Assembly (NCBI RefSeq): GCF_023055435.1
Contig: NW_025964372.1
Span: 27,528,001 to 27,592,000, forward strand
Reading direction: 5' to 3'
DNA: 64,000 bases
Source: Haliotis rufescens
Lineage: Eukaryota
Both the position numbers and the translations under genes were made by a program. The notes under the pieces are model-generated. The model made no database searches. It was not told the DNA's origin and was given only the letters and a program-made list of their open reading frames with translations. Numbering within the stretch: the stretch's first letter is position 1; every line of letters starts with the position of its first letter. Below, in pieces: positions 36,201-51,625 of this stretch.

Positions 36201-39200
36201 CCCACTCTTTCCATCTTCGCAGCCGAGCGTTTTAGCATGTCTGAAGAAACTTATATTAGAAACAAAGGTCATTATCGACTACCCAAATTTGCATAAAAGG
36301 CTGAAAGACAATAATCGACTGAAGGGGTTGTGTTGTACATGTGTATATCTCTCCACCTTGGCAGCTGATCGTCTTCGAAACATCCGAATCGAGGTGTACA
36401 ATAACGATCCAACACTCGGAGGAACGCCTCAAGTCTGCACCACAATCGGCAGCACCGCCCCTGCCGCCAGTTCCAACACCACGTTCACCTGTTCGGCCAT
36501 GGCATTCGGAAGGTACATCCGTTTTAACAAGTTCAGCATGGTCGACGCAAATGACATCCTTCAGTTTGTAGAGGTGGTCCTTGATGGCGTTCCGCTAAGT
36601 AAGTATATAACTGTATATATATGATGGTAAGATGAGGCTAACAAAAATAGTATCACAAAAATAGTGCCACATTTACCTACTTTATCGGTGATATTTTCCA
36701 TTCTGTTTAACTGTGAATGCTTCTAATGAATGAAAAATTAGTTCTCGTAAAAAGAATGCCGATGCAATGTTAAAAAATGGCCACTCAATAGAAACATTGA
36801 AAGTATTCGTGTGTTCTAGTGGAAGCAAGCGCCATGCGATTATAAATACACTTGACGACACGGATGGCTCAGTGACTTCCAGTTTTCAGATCGATGTTCA
36901 TGATGTCAATCACTGGATTGTCTGGTCCAGACCCAATCATTTATAGACCGAGGTCATATAACTTGAATATTTCTGAGTGTTACATTAAACAACAAACAAA
37001 TGGCCTTGGATTCGAGCGAACGTTCAGAGGATCAGCAAGGGGTCGCAACTATCGACGGCGAACTCGGAGTTTTTGACCATTGGGCCACCCAAGCGCTGTG
37101 TTTGGAGGAAAAGAGGAAACTATAGGTTTATATGTTTTGAAATGAGATTTACCTACAGCTGTGATTGTTTGTCCCCCAGGTGCTGTGATCCCCGTCGGCG
37201 GGTCACAGGTCTCTTCCTCCTCAGTCTTCACCTTCGGCTCCACGGACTTCGTTCCACAGCTTGCCGTTGACGGCGGATTTGGCCCCGACTTCGTCGTTGA
37301 CAACACTACATTTGGAACAGCTGTCGAAGACACTATGCCTTATATGGACATCGATTTGGGCAGCAACTTCCTTCTCCGCTCAGTCACCATCACCAACAGG
37401 GCTGACTGCTGTTGTAAGTAGAGTGAGATGGGGAGGTTGGTTTAACGCCGATTTGAACAGTATCTTAAAAAGTATGTTAAAGACGGCGTTTCAGTTCAAT
37501 GCAGGAGGAAAGCCAATAGAGATCAAGCCTGGTTTTGCCACTTGAATGGATCCAAAAATAACAAACAAGGCGAATCTGTCATACCAAGTCACGATCAGCA
37601 GATCGAGGTACGCCGAAGGGATGCAATTCTTGGCGGATTGCAGGAAGCAGAAGTCCCCATGGTCTCTAGTATGGTGGCCTAACTTTAGTTGCTGGTGATC
37701 TCTAGCCCATTTTTATTATGTATTGTTTAGAATAGTCACATTTTTATGGTAACATACTAATTTTAAATCTATATCTGTGATATTCTAGTGCTTTTACTGT
37801 CCTTTGTCGACAGATTTCAATGTCTATATCAATGTATTATTACTGTATAATTTGATTTAGTCACTATATGGCTGAAATATTGCCAACGTGACTATAAATG
37901 TTAACTCACTCACTTGACGAATTGTGGCATTCATTTGAAGTAACCCTATGATGTAGCGTTGGCCCTGTTAGATATTCATCAATGTAAAGCAAATATTCAC
38001 CAATAGGCTTCAACGATTCTCAGTCGAAGAACCAGAAGCATATATTTTGGAAGAGCTTGAAATCAGACATAAATAAATGCAAACATACACAATTGATTCC
38101 TTTTGGCCAGGGTTGATACCCATGTAGTGTGTAAAATATCACGGTGGGAGATGTAAACTGCGCATGAATACAATGCTTGAGTGAACCGCCCTATTAATCA
38201 TACATTAACAGACATAATGACACTCCTATCGTAACTAAATGGCCATTATATCGGTGTAAAGCACTTGATAGTAGTTCCTGCTAGATAACCTCATTTGAAT
38301 ATTTATTGCATCATGACAAGTTTGTCCGATTTCGCAAGTCACAATATGACTCCAGGACCCCGTGTTATACGGAATTGACTGGTAGATTGTTGCCCTGGCC
38401 CAGACTAATTGAGACTACCTCGTTGTTTTTGTTCAGTAAGACATTATCACTAAATCATCCGAAAATTCACAGCCGAGCGTCTTCGAAACATCATCATCGA
38501 GGTATATGACAACAACGCAACTCTTGGAGGAACGCCTCAAGTGTGCACCACAATCGGCAGCACCGCCCCCGCCGCCGGGTCGACCACGTCCTTCAACTGC
38601 ACAGGGACGCCAATCGGAAGGTACATCCGTCTTAAAAAGAGCTCCAAGGTCGACGCTACTGATATCCTTCAGTTAGTAGAGGTGGTCCTAGAAGGCGTCC
38701 AGCTACGTAAGTATATGACTGTATTTATCTGATGGTAAGACAAATGAGGATAAAATAGCATCACATGGTAGTTTCATTTATCTACTTGTAATCCCTGGTT
38801 TTCCAGGTGTGTGATCCGACTTGGTTGCACCAAAGTGTACGCACCTACTTAGTGCAGTCATTGTTATAAAGAAGTTGTATATCCATTGAGTGAAATACTT
38901 GTTAGGACGGCGTTAAACCCATCTCACTCACTCCTCCACAGAATGTCCTTGCAACCACTACCAGCTGGACGAGAACTGTTTCTACTTCTCTGGATTCCAA
39001 GCAAGCTATGCCGACGCGAAGGTAAACAACGACACCGCTTTCCTCCCATATTAAGCTGACACGCCGAGATATAACTGGAATACTGTTAAAAGCGGCCTTA
39101 AACCAAACTCACTCACTCACTCACTTAAGGGTGGTCGGAGGATACGTTTGGCCCAATGGGTAAGGGACCTTTATTCAAAGAAAGTTGCGTCCCATGGCCA

Positions 39201-40406
39201 AGCCAGCATTATGTAGTTTGGACTGAAATCTCAGATACCGAACCTTTCTCGTGGGTTGAACAAAATATGTCAACGACTAAACCCTGCGTCTGTCCTGGCT
39301 TGCCTCTCACGACCTGAACCAAACTCACACAATCAGTCACTCAATCACTCACTCACACACTCAGTCATTCACTCACTCACTCTCTCTCAATAACTGAGAT
39401 AATGTTAAACTATGCGTTAAACCAGATTCACTCAATAACCTTTAGTGTAGTCAGTACTCTAGGATGATACTTTGCGTGTTTGAAGTCTGAATGAATACTG
39501 AAGTACAGAGATTCTTGTTACAGGAATACTGTGACATCATCGGAAGCAATCTGGCCATGATCCGAACCCAGGCTCAGAGCGACTTTGTCAACGGTGTTCT
39601 CGCTGCAAATGCTAAAAAAGGTAATTCATAGCTCGCTTATACTGTTTCGTGGCCATTCTATATCCAATTAACAGAACAACAAAGGTTTCCACTTGGACCT
39701 GTGGCAGTGTTAGATAACAGTATGAGTTCCACCCAAGAAAGCGTTTTTATCAACGGGGTCTATGATAAAAGGTTATGTTTCAGATCAAATCAATTTCAAT
39801 TTCGATTTCAGCGGTTCACACACGGTACAGGTAAGGCTCGTCTTTACCTGGACGAGACATAGGCCCAGACATCAGCTCCCTCTTTAGGCTAAGCTATGCA
39901 TCATCTAACTGCATCTTTTTCTCTTGTCCTCATTTGCAGGACTTCACGAAATAAACATTAGCGACGATTAATTGGATCTGGAGGTCAGTCTCGGAGAACT
40001 TGTTGCTTGTCAATGTACCCTGACGTCGCGAGATGTTACTGATAACATCAACCACTCGTTGGTCTGGCTACGAGTGGATTATTTACCGCCCACCATGTAA
40101 TGGCTTAAGAGTTACACACTTCATATTTTCTGTCACTCAGGTCAAGAATACTGGATTGGGGTGACCAATCTTTTGGACCGGTTCCAGTGGCGATATCTGC
40201 TTGGTGACATTGTTCCCCTAAATGGCTTCACCTCCCCACTCGTGAACGGCACGGGCACTTGCAGCACCTCTACCTCTGAGAAGCACCCACATAACTGTGC
40301 CGTCCTGGAGAAGAACGACGCCGGCCAATGGGAGTGGGAGGAAGAACGGTGTTACAGGAAGGAGAACTTCATCTGTCTGGCAACCCTGCCAATACCTGCG
40401 CCCTAG
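33206..40406 (+). CDS. Secreted 2x F-type lectin + C-type lectin protein, 476 aa, copy 2
   Basis: Exons 33206-33257, 33888-34121, 36365-36598, 37180-37413, 38473-38706, 38942-39021, 39524-39620, 40141-40406; splice sites intact. Confidence 0.9.
34326..35661 (-). mobile_element. Tc1/mariner relic, copy 2 (transposase 34481-35364)
   Basis: As copy 1. Confidence 0.88.
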
Positions 40407-41459
40407 GTTCTTTAAGGATACACGTATTGGTAATTTAGTTTACAGTCGTCATGATTAAGGTATCTTGTCTAAAATAGGTTGTAATAAATTCATCTGTCTA
40501 CAAAAGTAGTGTCCAACCTAAGATCATTTGAAAAGTAATCAAATCAATCGTACAAAGGCACCTCTAAATACAATCATTGTGTTAAACACACCTACTATTA
40601 TACCAATGTACTCGTAAATAAAGAATTACCAATATCATTGTGTTGTGTTATGGTCGAACACTGGTTGTATTATGATATATTTTAGTGAAATAACAAATTG
40701 ACATGTGTTAGTCAAAAAAAAGTTAAAGAACACCCGATTCTTTCATCATAGTTAATCGTGTTTCCTTTACCTTCTTTTGAGAAGGATATAATACTAATAC
40801 AACACACATAAGCTTTGTTAGCGTGTGACGTAAACTCTCAACAAAACTGAATGATGAAAGGGATGAACTTTCATTTTGTGCCGAGCAATATTCCAGCAGC
40901 TCCAGTGTTTGGTGTCTACATTTTACTTTAGTTGTTTGATCAAGATTACAACATTCAAATCTTAAGCAACGCTTTCAAAATGGTTTATGGAAGAAATGTG
41001 GAGGATATTTCCATATTTGATGTATCAGTGACAAAAATATGGCCGGTTTCCTATTGTGACTTGTGTCATATGTTTCCGTGTTTTTAGGGACCAATTGACT
41101 TGCCTTTGCGTGTGTTGTGATTGGTGGAGCAGGAAACGCTCACTTTTTCGCAAACACCTAATGTCGTCACTAATTGATATTGATTCATCAACATAAACAT
41201 GCTGATGATACAATCTGAATCGTAAAATCTATTCAGCATTTGGTCGAGATTGGAGTGTTTCTGTGTCGGGAGGTCGATCCCGACCCCAGGCCTCATTATA
41301 CCAAAAGATATGTATTGTTAAGATAAGTATGTGTTGTTACCTTGCCTGGCGCTCGGAATTAACAGGCGAAAACAAGGACTGTTTGGCTACTCTGTCTGAG
41401 TTGGGTATTCATGTTAAATTGCGGCATGATATTTCAGTGGGCTGGCATTATATAATCGT

Positions 41460-41681
41460 NNNNNNNNNNNNNNNNNNNNNNNNNNNNNNNNNNNNNNNNN
41501 NNNNNNNNNNNNNNNNNNNNNNNNNNNNNNNNNNNNNNNNNNNNNNNNNNNNNNNNNNNNNNNNNNNNNNNNNNNNNNNNNNNNNNNNNNNNNNNNNNNN
41601 NNNNNNNNNNNNNNNNNNNNNNNNNNNNNNNNNNNNNNNNNNNNNNNNNNNNNNNNNNNNNNNNNNNNNNNNNNNNNNNNN
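41460..41681. other. N run (222 nt)
   Basis: Seen directly; same flanks as the 20131-20334 run. Confidence 0.99.
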
Positions 41682-44600
41682 TACATTGAAAACACGGTAT
41701 GTTTATCTCCATTTTACCATGACTAAATAAAACGCAAACTCTTTGGTGGTAGCAATTGTACACACATGAGGTGGGCACGCCTAAAGAAAATTAAGCAAGC
41801 TTTCCAAAGTTTCCGTTCTACACTGCACGTCACAATTGTGACGTCATGTCGCTCATTGTGACGCAAACGATATGATGTGACAGTTGTATATAGAGAAACG
41901 CCAAATTCCAAGTTATCTGTTGTCCCCAAAACTTAAAATATATTCTCTTTGAAGATTTCTGTCGTGTTTTCTGCACGAAATGTATTGCCACACATCCTTT
42001 GAATATTGTTATTACCTCAACTTTGCAATTTGTAAAATAATTATTTAAATATGCCTACCGACAATGACTGAAAAAAGGACTATTCTATGAATATTAGCTT
42101 CTGCAGTTTTGCGGCCGTCAAATCAGCTGTTTCAATCAGAGGGGGCTTATAGTAATTTAATAGCCTCTGATTGACCAGACAAAATCGAGTAATTTCAATA
42201 TGCATGTTAGAATTATCATTATGAATATGGACAGTTTTTTGTCACTTTTATATTAATATTCAAGACGGTATAGATAAAAACAGCTAATCTGTCAATACCA
42301 ACGTGCTAAGAAAGACCTTGCTTACCGCCTATTAGTAACTTTAGTTTGTTTGTTTGTTGTTTAACGCCGCACTCTGTAATTATCCAGTTATGTGTCGGCA
42401 GTCTGTAAATCAGACAATATAGTGATTGACATCATAAGCATTGATCCACGCAATCGGGATACGATGACAAGCATCAACCAAGTAAGCGAGCCTGACCACC
42501 CGATCCCGTTAGTCGCCTCTTCCAACAAACATTGTCGCCTTTTACGGCAAGGCCTCTTCTACCTCGGATCTTCACTGATCTGAAAATCACGGTACAAGAG
42601 CAATAACTCTGTAAAAAAATTACGGTACCAATTTTGACAAGTCTTGACAAGAATCTTTTAGATAAGCATGTACACTTTCATTCATGTAACTGTTGTAAGA
42701 GAAAACATGTTACCATTTCACACAGCATGCACTAAGTTCAAAAGCACGAAGCAAGGGCAATAATACCATTTACCAAACTCTTTTAAGATCATAACAAGTA
42801 AGGTGAGTGTGTTAAATTTCATTTGTCCAACTTCAATAGTCTATAAGAAAAATGTCCCCATTGTGAAGTGGGCATGCATACAAATGACACATATATTGTT
42901 CTTCGTGGCGGGGATAAAACATTATTAGTTTGTTGTAACTGAACCTTAGGGAACCTGCATTTAGGTATAAAACGTCATTGCCAGAGAATAACCAGTCATA
43001 CGAAAGAGAAAGGCAAAATAGTGGTGAAAATATTTGACTGCATCGCTGAAAATCAGTGATGACGCCAGGCATTTGCGAAATGGGTTAGCATGTTCTACCC
43101 AAGACTTGTTAAGACGGAGGTGTAAGCCTCTCTTGACTACCGAAATAATGGCCATTCCGAAACATCCTCAGTAATATCAACCTATCCTAATCTTTGCCTG
43201 ATTCGAGCTTTAGCGCAGCTTTGAAAACAACAGGAGAGCTGCAATAGCACACCCATAATGAACTGAGAACCCTCCAAACTATAAGTCGATCAGGGTTGCT
43301 TGGTCGTTTGTTGTTTAATGCAGCCCTCAATAATATGCCACCTATAAATTGAGTTCGGACAAGACAATCCAGTGAGTGACATTAGCACCAATCCATAGTT
43401 TGGAATATGACACTGGATCAACCATGGCCCCGATCATATCAATGAATATGATATATACTACTCAAGGCGAGTTAAAAGGGGATGTTTTTCATTTGACAGA
43501 TTAAACAGATTTAATAACTTTTTGTGGGAGGTTTAGCACATAAAAGGCTGGAGTAGAGACACACCATTGGTCATATCCAACTTATCGGTAACTCATTTTG
43601 GACAAGTGGTTATTTTAACTCACTAGCTTTGGCGAAAAAACAAAAAGCCAGACTACATTTTCACTAGCTTCGGACTCACGGACAACTGGCCGTGCCTGTC
43701 CCTTAAAGGGTGGAATATGATTAAGTTGAAGTCAGTTCTCATTGGCACAACTCAAATTGATTGTTCGATTTTGATAGGAAAGCGACATTTTGTCACTGGA
43801 GAAGAGGTCAATTAAATTGTTGAACCCTAAGTTAATTGTAGAGATAGGAGAGCAAAGTGATAGCAAATTAACTTGGTTGATGCATGTCATTATATCCCAG
43901 TTGCGTGGATCGATGCCCATGATTCAATCACTGGATTGTCTGGTCCAGACTCTATTATTCACAGACCGCCGTCATAAATTTAGCTGGACTATTGCTGAGT
44001 GCGGCGTTAAAAAAACAGCAACAATGGAATAGTGCTGACTGCTGTGTTAAGCAACAAACACACATTCGAAACCCATACCTGTCGAGTTGATCATACCAAT
44101 GAGACCTGTGAAGATCCGGGGTAGAATAGGTCTTCACCATGCTTGCTGTAAAAGGCGACTATGCTTGTCGTAAAAGGCGACTAACGGGATCGGGTGGTCA
44201 GGCTCGCTGACTTGGTTGATGCATGTCATCGATCCCAATTGCGTGGATCGATGCTCATGATATCAATCACTGGATTGTCTGGTCCAGACTCGATTATTTA
44301 CAGACCACCATCATATAGCTGGAATATTGCTGAGTGCGGCGTTAAACAACAAACCACCACCAAACCACCACACCTATGGTTGAAACAAATGATACCATGG
44401 GATGACACTGTTCCACTTCCTTTGTGGGAAGCTTTGTATCAGATATTAATCCTTTGCCAGGTTGACCCTTTTTTCTTTTCTTTTGTGAAAGGATCGGGGG
44501 AAAAGCTTGCCACAAATAAATAAATAATTTAAACTGATATTTATTTTCAAGTTAATAGAATTAGCAAAATGAAACTGATATGAAATATTAATTGGCCAAA

Positions 44601-45973
44601 TACATTGTATATAGTCCCTGACCACTACAAAAACTTCATAATGAGTAAAAATCCTTCTCTAGCAGAAGTAAACATACATGTATATACATGTTACGGTTTA
44701 AATATCCTTAGGGATTCCGGATTGAATTGGTCCCTTGGGCCGTTGGCTAAATATCTAACATCATCATAAACCCTATAGCAACCTATAGCAGCTAAATAGA
44801 TCGGGTGGTCAGACTCAGTGACTCGGTCAGTGTCGTGTCTTTGTCGTGCTGAGACGGCGTGGATCGTTGCTCAAAATACCAATCACTGGATTGTCTGGTC
44901 TAGATTCGATTATTTACAGGCTGCCATCATATAGGTGGAACACTGATGAGTGTGGCTTTAGGCAACAGACACAACAATAATAATCAAACACCCTGCATCT
45001 GTTTCCACTAAATCGAGCGACTACATTACTTAATGTGTGCAACATCTTACAAGGCAATAAGTGATTATTTACAGGCTTCCATCGTATAGGTGGAACATTG
45101 ATGAGTGTGGCTTTAGGCAACAGACACATGTAACACAACACAAGAAGGCGGTTTGAGGATTACGTAGTTTTAATCACAATGGCATATGTACAAGTCAAAG
45201 GAAGTGTGCCGTCCTTCCTTCCTCCCTCTAGATACTCACCTGTACCTTCGGGTGCTGAGACCAAGTCTGCCGGTATTTGGAAGTCGCCCGGTAAATATAT
45301 AGTAATGATGGAATGCGAAGCATTTTGTTTTGCACAGGTACTAAAATTTGGTGTGGTCAACTTGAGATTAAATTGACCATCAAGTGGTGTCCATGACGAG
45401 GCACTTAAAATTGTTCCCCTTAAGGTGACATGAAACCACCACTCACTGGTCCACTTGATATGTACTTGACATATCCACGGGGTCAGTCGTATTTGGCAAA
45501 CACTGATAGTGTTACATTAGTCGTATTTGGCAAACACTGATAGTGTTACATCCGCCCCTTTCTACTTGGAAATATTGTTGATATTTCCAGGCCTCATAAG
45601 TCGATCTTAAAAATACACACAGTTCCATATATATATATACAAAAAAAAGAGTGTAAATATTTTACAACGATCATGCTGTCCGTGACCGGACTTAATCGCT
45701 TTTAAAATGTCACTTCGTCACAATCTTGGCCCTCGACCGGCTACAGACACACCATTATGGTCATCTGTGATCGTCAGTTCTGCGTCGTGTTCTTCTTTTC
45801 AATATATGTATTATGTTCAACTATTGTTAGTCACGATATGGCTGAAATATTGCCGATGTGACTTAAAATTTAACTCACTCACTCACTCTTCTTTTCAACT
45901 TAGTTCAACTTTATGGTCGTCACCACAAGTTCCAATATGGCCGCCGTCCATCTTCGTCACCAGCCTGTTCATC

Positions 45974-47704
45974 TTAGTTCATGCAGCAACAATATCGCAA
46001 CACTGTACTGTTTAGTAGTGGGCATCCAGGCCAGGGTACAGGCGTCGTATGGATGACGTTGTTGGAGGCGCCGAAGTCTGATCCCCCGTCATCAGTGGTG
46101 CAGGTCGCTAAGCCGCTCCTGGAGTCGGTACTCGCGACCTGGATCACATCAGATCCCATCAACTCGAATTCGGGTGTTTCCCGGGTGTGCTTTCCCCAAG
46201 TGAGCATTTTGGATAGCCAAAATTTTCTATATCTTAAAACCATTATCAATATTATTATGACTAGTAACATGATACCCCCAACTAACCACTTTTTCCAGTT
46301 AATTTTCTTATCCCAACTAATTTCAGTGTTTACACTATGTAATTCATCAATTAAATGACTCATGGATACCGTATCTATATTCTGGAGGTGGCTTGGAACT
46401 TTCGATATCGTCACATTTCTTAATTTTTCCTTAAAGGGTTTCCATAACAGCATATCTAAAACGTTTGGCATATGAGGTAGCTGAGCCCAGATCTCATTTA
46501 ATTCAAACCTGCTTTCATTACGATAAAATGGTAGTAATGTCAAATGATTGTTTGAAGCTGTACAAGAGACGTTTACTCGTAACATACCTATTGGTGGGTA
46601 AATAGTTATTATCTGTGGATATACTTTTTAACATACTATAGTAAAGTCTAGTTGTTCAGCGGTCGCAATGACCCATTGGCCTTCCCAAATATTATCTGCC
46701 CTAGGCAGTATCATGTGCATGGTAACTTCCCGTTTACACAAGCTCTTGACTTTATCTAAATCTTTCATGAAGAGCGCGATCATGAACATCTGACTAAGAT
46801 TTAGGGGATAAGTCGGGCTGCTTATCATGCGTGATTCTAATTTATATGTGGCAACCATGCCAGCTACTTTAGTAAATTCATGCGTTTTATCTGAGAGGAG
46901 AGGTAGTGGTAAATTATGAATTTTATAAATTTCGTATTGCCCATTATAATCTAATAGTGGAAGTGATATTATTATCAAAATCTTTTCCTCATAAACTAAG
47001 GTCGAGCATGTTAATGTTCGATAATAATTCCATAATTCCTTTTTCTGGATAATTGTTAGTAGCCCATTCAAGTTTATCTATACGCCCCGCAAGAATTCGG
47101 GAGATGTTTGCTACATTTACCTCTACTTCCTTGAGATTATCAATAACTGCATTAATTGTTTGTCGGTTCTTCTGAACTTGAATCCTTGTTACATTCAAAA
47201 TAGTGAGTTCTTCATGAACTACATGCGATATGGTTTCTTGGTTCTTAGCAATTTTGTTGATATTGTTTTTGATTGAATTTAAATCAGACTCGGATACTGT
47301 TCCAAATAGATAACTTAAAGCATCGCCAATAAATGGGATTAATGATCGCTTTGGTCTTATCAACTTCCTGTATTCTAGAAAACTAACTTCTAGCGAACTT
47401 AGTGTATTATTTAGACCCGTAATTTCCTTGTCTAACCTGTAGAAGGTTCCTTCTACTTTGTTAACATCAGTGCTGCTATGGTAGCGACTCATCAGTCTAC
47501 GCAAAACTAATGCAACTTCTTCGATATCCTTCCTACATCTTTGAATATAGTCAATATAAGGTTTCATGTCTATTACTAGTGCTACAAGCCATTTTGAACA
47601 AGTTGTAGAAATATCATTGACCTTTTGAAAAAACACGTTTTCAGAAACTAATAGACTAATAAACCACCAAAACACAACACTGTTAATATGGTAAACACAC
47701 CCAT
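45974..47704 (-). pseudogene. env: env, F-type fusion protein, disrupted, copy 3
   Basis: As copy 2. Confidence 0.87.
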
Positions 47705-47871
47705 TTCCTGCAAATATACAGAATAAAAAAACTATATAAAACTGTGACTAACCAAGACTACATACAACTATAATCATCAGTTGTACTCAAACATGAATAC
47801 CATATATGCTCAATACCATATATACAAAACAAACAAGATATGCATGCAGTGCCCGATTATACTACGAAGCC

Positions 47872-50800
47872 TTATAGTAACCCGGCTACTGCCTCAAACA
47901 ACTTCTTAACCTTATCATCAGGGGTTAATTGACGTGTCTCTTTAACTTCATTTACGGATACATTATCATTATCTGATGATTCACTTGATCCGTTGTCCTC
48001 CGTCGAATTGTCAATAGAGTCACGTCGCCTAGCACTCAAGCGTTTGGCAAGTTGGGCTAACGGAACGTCATTCTCTGAGTCTGAGTCTGAACGTTCCTGT
48101 CTATACCGCTTTGTGATCCTTGACATGGGATCCTTTGATCCTTGTACCTCCTCGTCCGAGGTTGATTCTGAGGATAGTGATATAACATAATGTTGTTTTC
48201 TTCGAGGTCTACCTTCTGTGTCCTTGGGAATTTCCCAATCATCTAGATTAGCAATCCTAAGATGTTCTGCATGAGCTCGTGTAGTTGATCCATCAAGCTG
48301 ATTTCGTATGATGTAAGTTACTGGCGATGTTTGTTCAATAACCCTGTAGAACGGCTTCCACCTGTTCTGTAGCTTACTCTTCCTTTGATGAAATCTATAG
48401 TAGACAGGGTCGCCAACCTTGATTTTGTTTACTGCTCCTGTCGGCATATCGGGCCTGTCTTTCTTTGCTTTCTTCATGTTCTTGTGTACTAGAACGAATG
48501 CCTTGTGCTGCTGTTGCAGTGCTGTTTTATGTTCTTCGTCACCTGCATACTTACGTCTCGGTCGTAGCAGGTTGTCAACAGGAAGAACGACGTCACGATT
48601 GTACAACAAGAAGTATGGCGAAAACTTGGATGATTCACAGATGTAGAAACGAATGGCAGCCAAGGTTTGATTTAGGTATAAGTCCCATGTTGTTACGTTG
48701 TCATTCAGCTTTTTCGCAAGGACATCATGTAATGTACGATGAAATCGCTCAACTCTTGCATTGGACTGGGGGTGATAAAATGACGTCCTGACGTGGTTGA
48801 TCCCTAATGCTGACAATGTTTCACTGACAACCTTGTTAATATTCTCTGTCCCGTTATCTGTGACAATCTGTAGTGGACAGCCAAACCTCGGGAATATCTC
48901 CTCTAGTATCAGATGGGCAACTGTCTCTGCTGATTTATCAGGTACTGCAAACGCCTCAGGCCAACCGCTGAAGTGGTCAACGAAGCCGATGATATATTTA
49001 TTCCCAGATAATGTTGTCGGATAGGGTCCTGAGAGATCCATACTTACCTTCGCAAATGGGTAGGGCGGAATCTCAGTTTCCTGCAAAGCTGGTTTCTGGG
49101 CCTTCATGGTTCTAGATTGACAAGTGATACATTTGCCGATACACTCAGTTATCTCCCTGTAGAGGTTGGGCCAATAATATTTCAGTTTTATTGCCTCAAA
49201 TGTCTTGTCAATCCCCATGTATCCGTTTGCATCATGATATTGCGTGACCACGATCTGTTTGAACTTTTCGGGTACATATAACCTGGGCGATGGATCATCC
49301 TCAATTGCACTGACATAGTACAATAGATCATTTATGACTAAGTACCTTTTTAAGTGTGACTTGTCACCGTGACCTTTTTCCAGTTGTTCTTTGATGCTCG
49401 TGATGTTTTCATCCCTATCCTGCTCTTTCTGCATGTCTATATCCATTTCCATTCTGCGTGGCAATGAAGATGCCTCGGGAATTGGCAAATCGCAGCTAGC
49501 AAAATCCTTAGGGTTGAATTTGGTGGGGTTCAATGCCTCAATCCTCAGACTGTTGTCGGGTCGATCAATCTCAATGTCTTCCTCATTAGGCCCGCAGCCG
49601 TTATCTGTGTTTGATTTGCCCCGAGATAGTAGATCTGCACAAGTGTTGTTCTTTCCTGCCATATACCCGATCTTACAGGTATAGCCCGCGATTCCCAGTG
49701 CCCATAGTTTTTCTACCTGTTCACCCTCACTTTCATGTGTCTGAACCAGACACGCCCCTATACAGCTGTTACTGGCGTCCGTGTACAGAGTGTATGGCCT
49801 ATTCGGGTCGGGATAGGTCAGTAATGGTACAACCGTCAGACTGTCTTTCAAGAAATCAAAAGACTTTTGACATTCTTCAGACCACGAGAATCTCGCAAAT
49901 CTCTTGGTAAGTTTTACCATGGGTTCAGCAATATTTGAGAAATTGGGGATAAATCGGCGGTAATAACTGCACATCCCTATGAACCCTCGTACTTCTTTTA
50001 CTGACCTTGGGGCTTCCATTGACCTAATGGCCTCTACCTTTTGGTTGTCAGGTTTTATTCCATCTTGATTGATGACAAAACCTAAGTACTGAGTTTCCTC
50101 CTTGGCAAAGCTACATTTTGACAACTTGAGTTTTAGTGAATGTTGGCGGAGTCGTTCATAAACTGTCTCGATATGAAGTAAATGTTGTTCTTCCGACTTT
50201 GAGAATATCAAAATATCGTCTAGGTAGGCTATTGCAAATGCATCGAGACCCTGTAAAACTTCATTCATAAGTTCCATAAAAACTGCTGGAGCATTACAAA
50301 GTCCAAAAGGCATCACGTTAAATTCAAAAAGACCTCTATGACAAGCAAAAGCAGTTTTTTCTTTATCTTCATCATCCATTTGAGGGGTAAAGTCGTTGAA
50401 ATAGGACGGCTAATTTTGTTCAAAACCCTAAAGTCTACACAAAAACGCTTCGATCCCTATTTTTTGTCAACGTCGACAATGGGGAAACTCCATGGTGACC
50501 TAGAACGTCGAATGATCTGAGCATCTAACATGTCATCGATCGCCTTATCTACAACTTTGCGTTTGTTAAGAGGAGTTCGATATGGTTTCATCTTGATCGG
50601 AACATTGTCACCTGTGTCTATCTTCATACGTACAGTTTCTGTCTGCCCTAAGTCTAAATCACTCTTTGCAAATAAACCCTTGTTTTGAGACACTAAATCA
50701 GTTAACCTTGATTTCAAATTAACTGGAGCGTCAATGTCAACATTGAGATCACAGGATATGTCCCTATCAGCTAATTCATCGCTACGCTCCTTAGCGTCCC

Positions 50801-51625
50801 TAGTACGCAACCTCTCTTCAACCTAAATGTACGGTTGGTATTGTTGACTAGCAGTAATGGGACATTCCTATGTTTGTCAATCTTAACAATAGAATTTCCT
50901 ATGAGTAGACCTGGTTCATTTGCTGGGTAACTCTTTTCAATTGTGGAGATTTCATACGTGCTTGATGTTTCAAAATATGGTCTATTTTTAATCTTTGCCC
51001 TTAAGATATTTCTACACTGAGGTTTTACTGTTGTATCCGCTGCTAACCTGACTAGAGAAGATATATGGATATCTTCCTCTAGCGGTACATAAGTTTTCCC
51101 TACTGTTAAGCTACCCAAGTCGAAATACACCCTAACACCTGCCTGTGTCAACCAATCGTGTCCTAATATAAGATTTCTGTTCATGTTTCCTACAACATAG
51201 AAGGTATAGGAAAGATTGACGCCTCTCATCCTAAAGTGAACTTTCACATTCCCATCTACCTGTAACGAATTCCCATTAACCCCTTGTAAAGCGACTTTCT
51301 TTTTGTTTAACGGAAATCTATCTTTTATTGAATCGTACACCCTACGATGCATTATCGACACTTCAGCGCCAGAATCAATTAAACACCTCCATTGTTTTTT
51401 TCCTATTTTGATACTACACGAATTTGGTCTCCCCACTTCATTTATTGAATGTACTGGGCCATTTGTCGCCTTCTCTCCCTCATCGGCTTCTGGGCCATTT
51501 GTCGCCTTCTCTCCCTCATCGGCTTCTGGGCCATTTGTCGCCTTCTCTCCCTCATCGGCTTCTGGGCCATTTGTCGCCTTCTCTCCCTCATCGGCTTCTT
51601 TATGAGGAAGAGAATTTAGTTTCCC
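47872..51625 (-). pseudogene. pol: pol, disrupted, copy 3 (835-aa ORF 47872-50379)
   Basis: As copy 1. Confidence 0.95.

Larger units (their letters stand above)
21373..42719. repeat. Tandem segmental duplication, unit 2
   Basis: Near-identical to unit 1 apart from a +155 bp duplication (23561-23715), a 198 bp env deletion and scattered SNPs. Confidence 0.97.
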
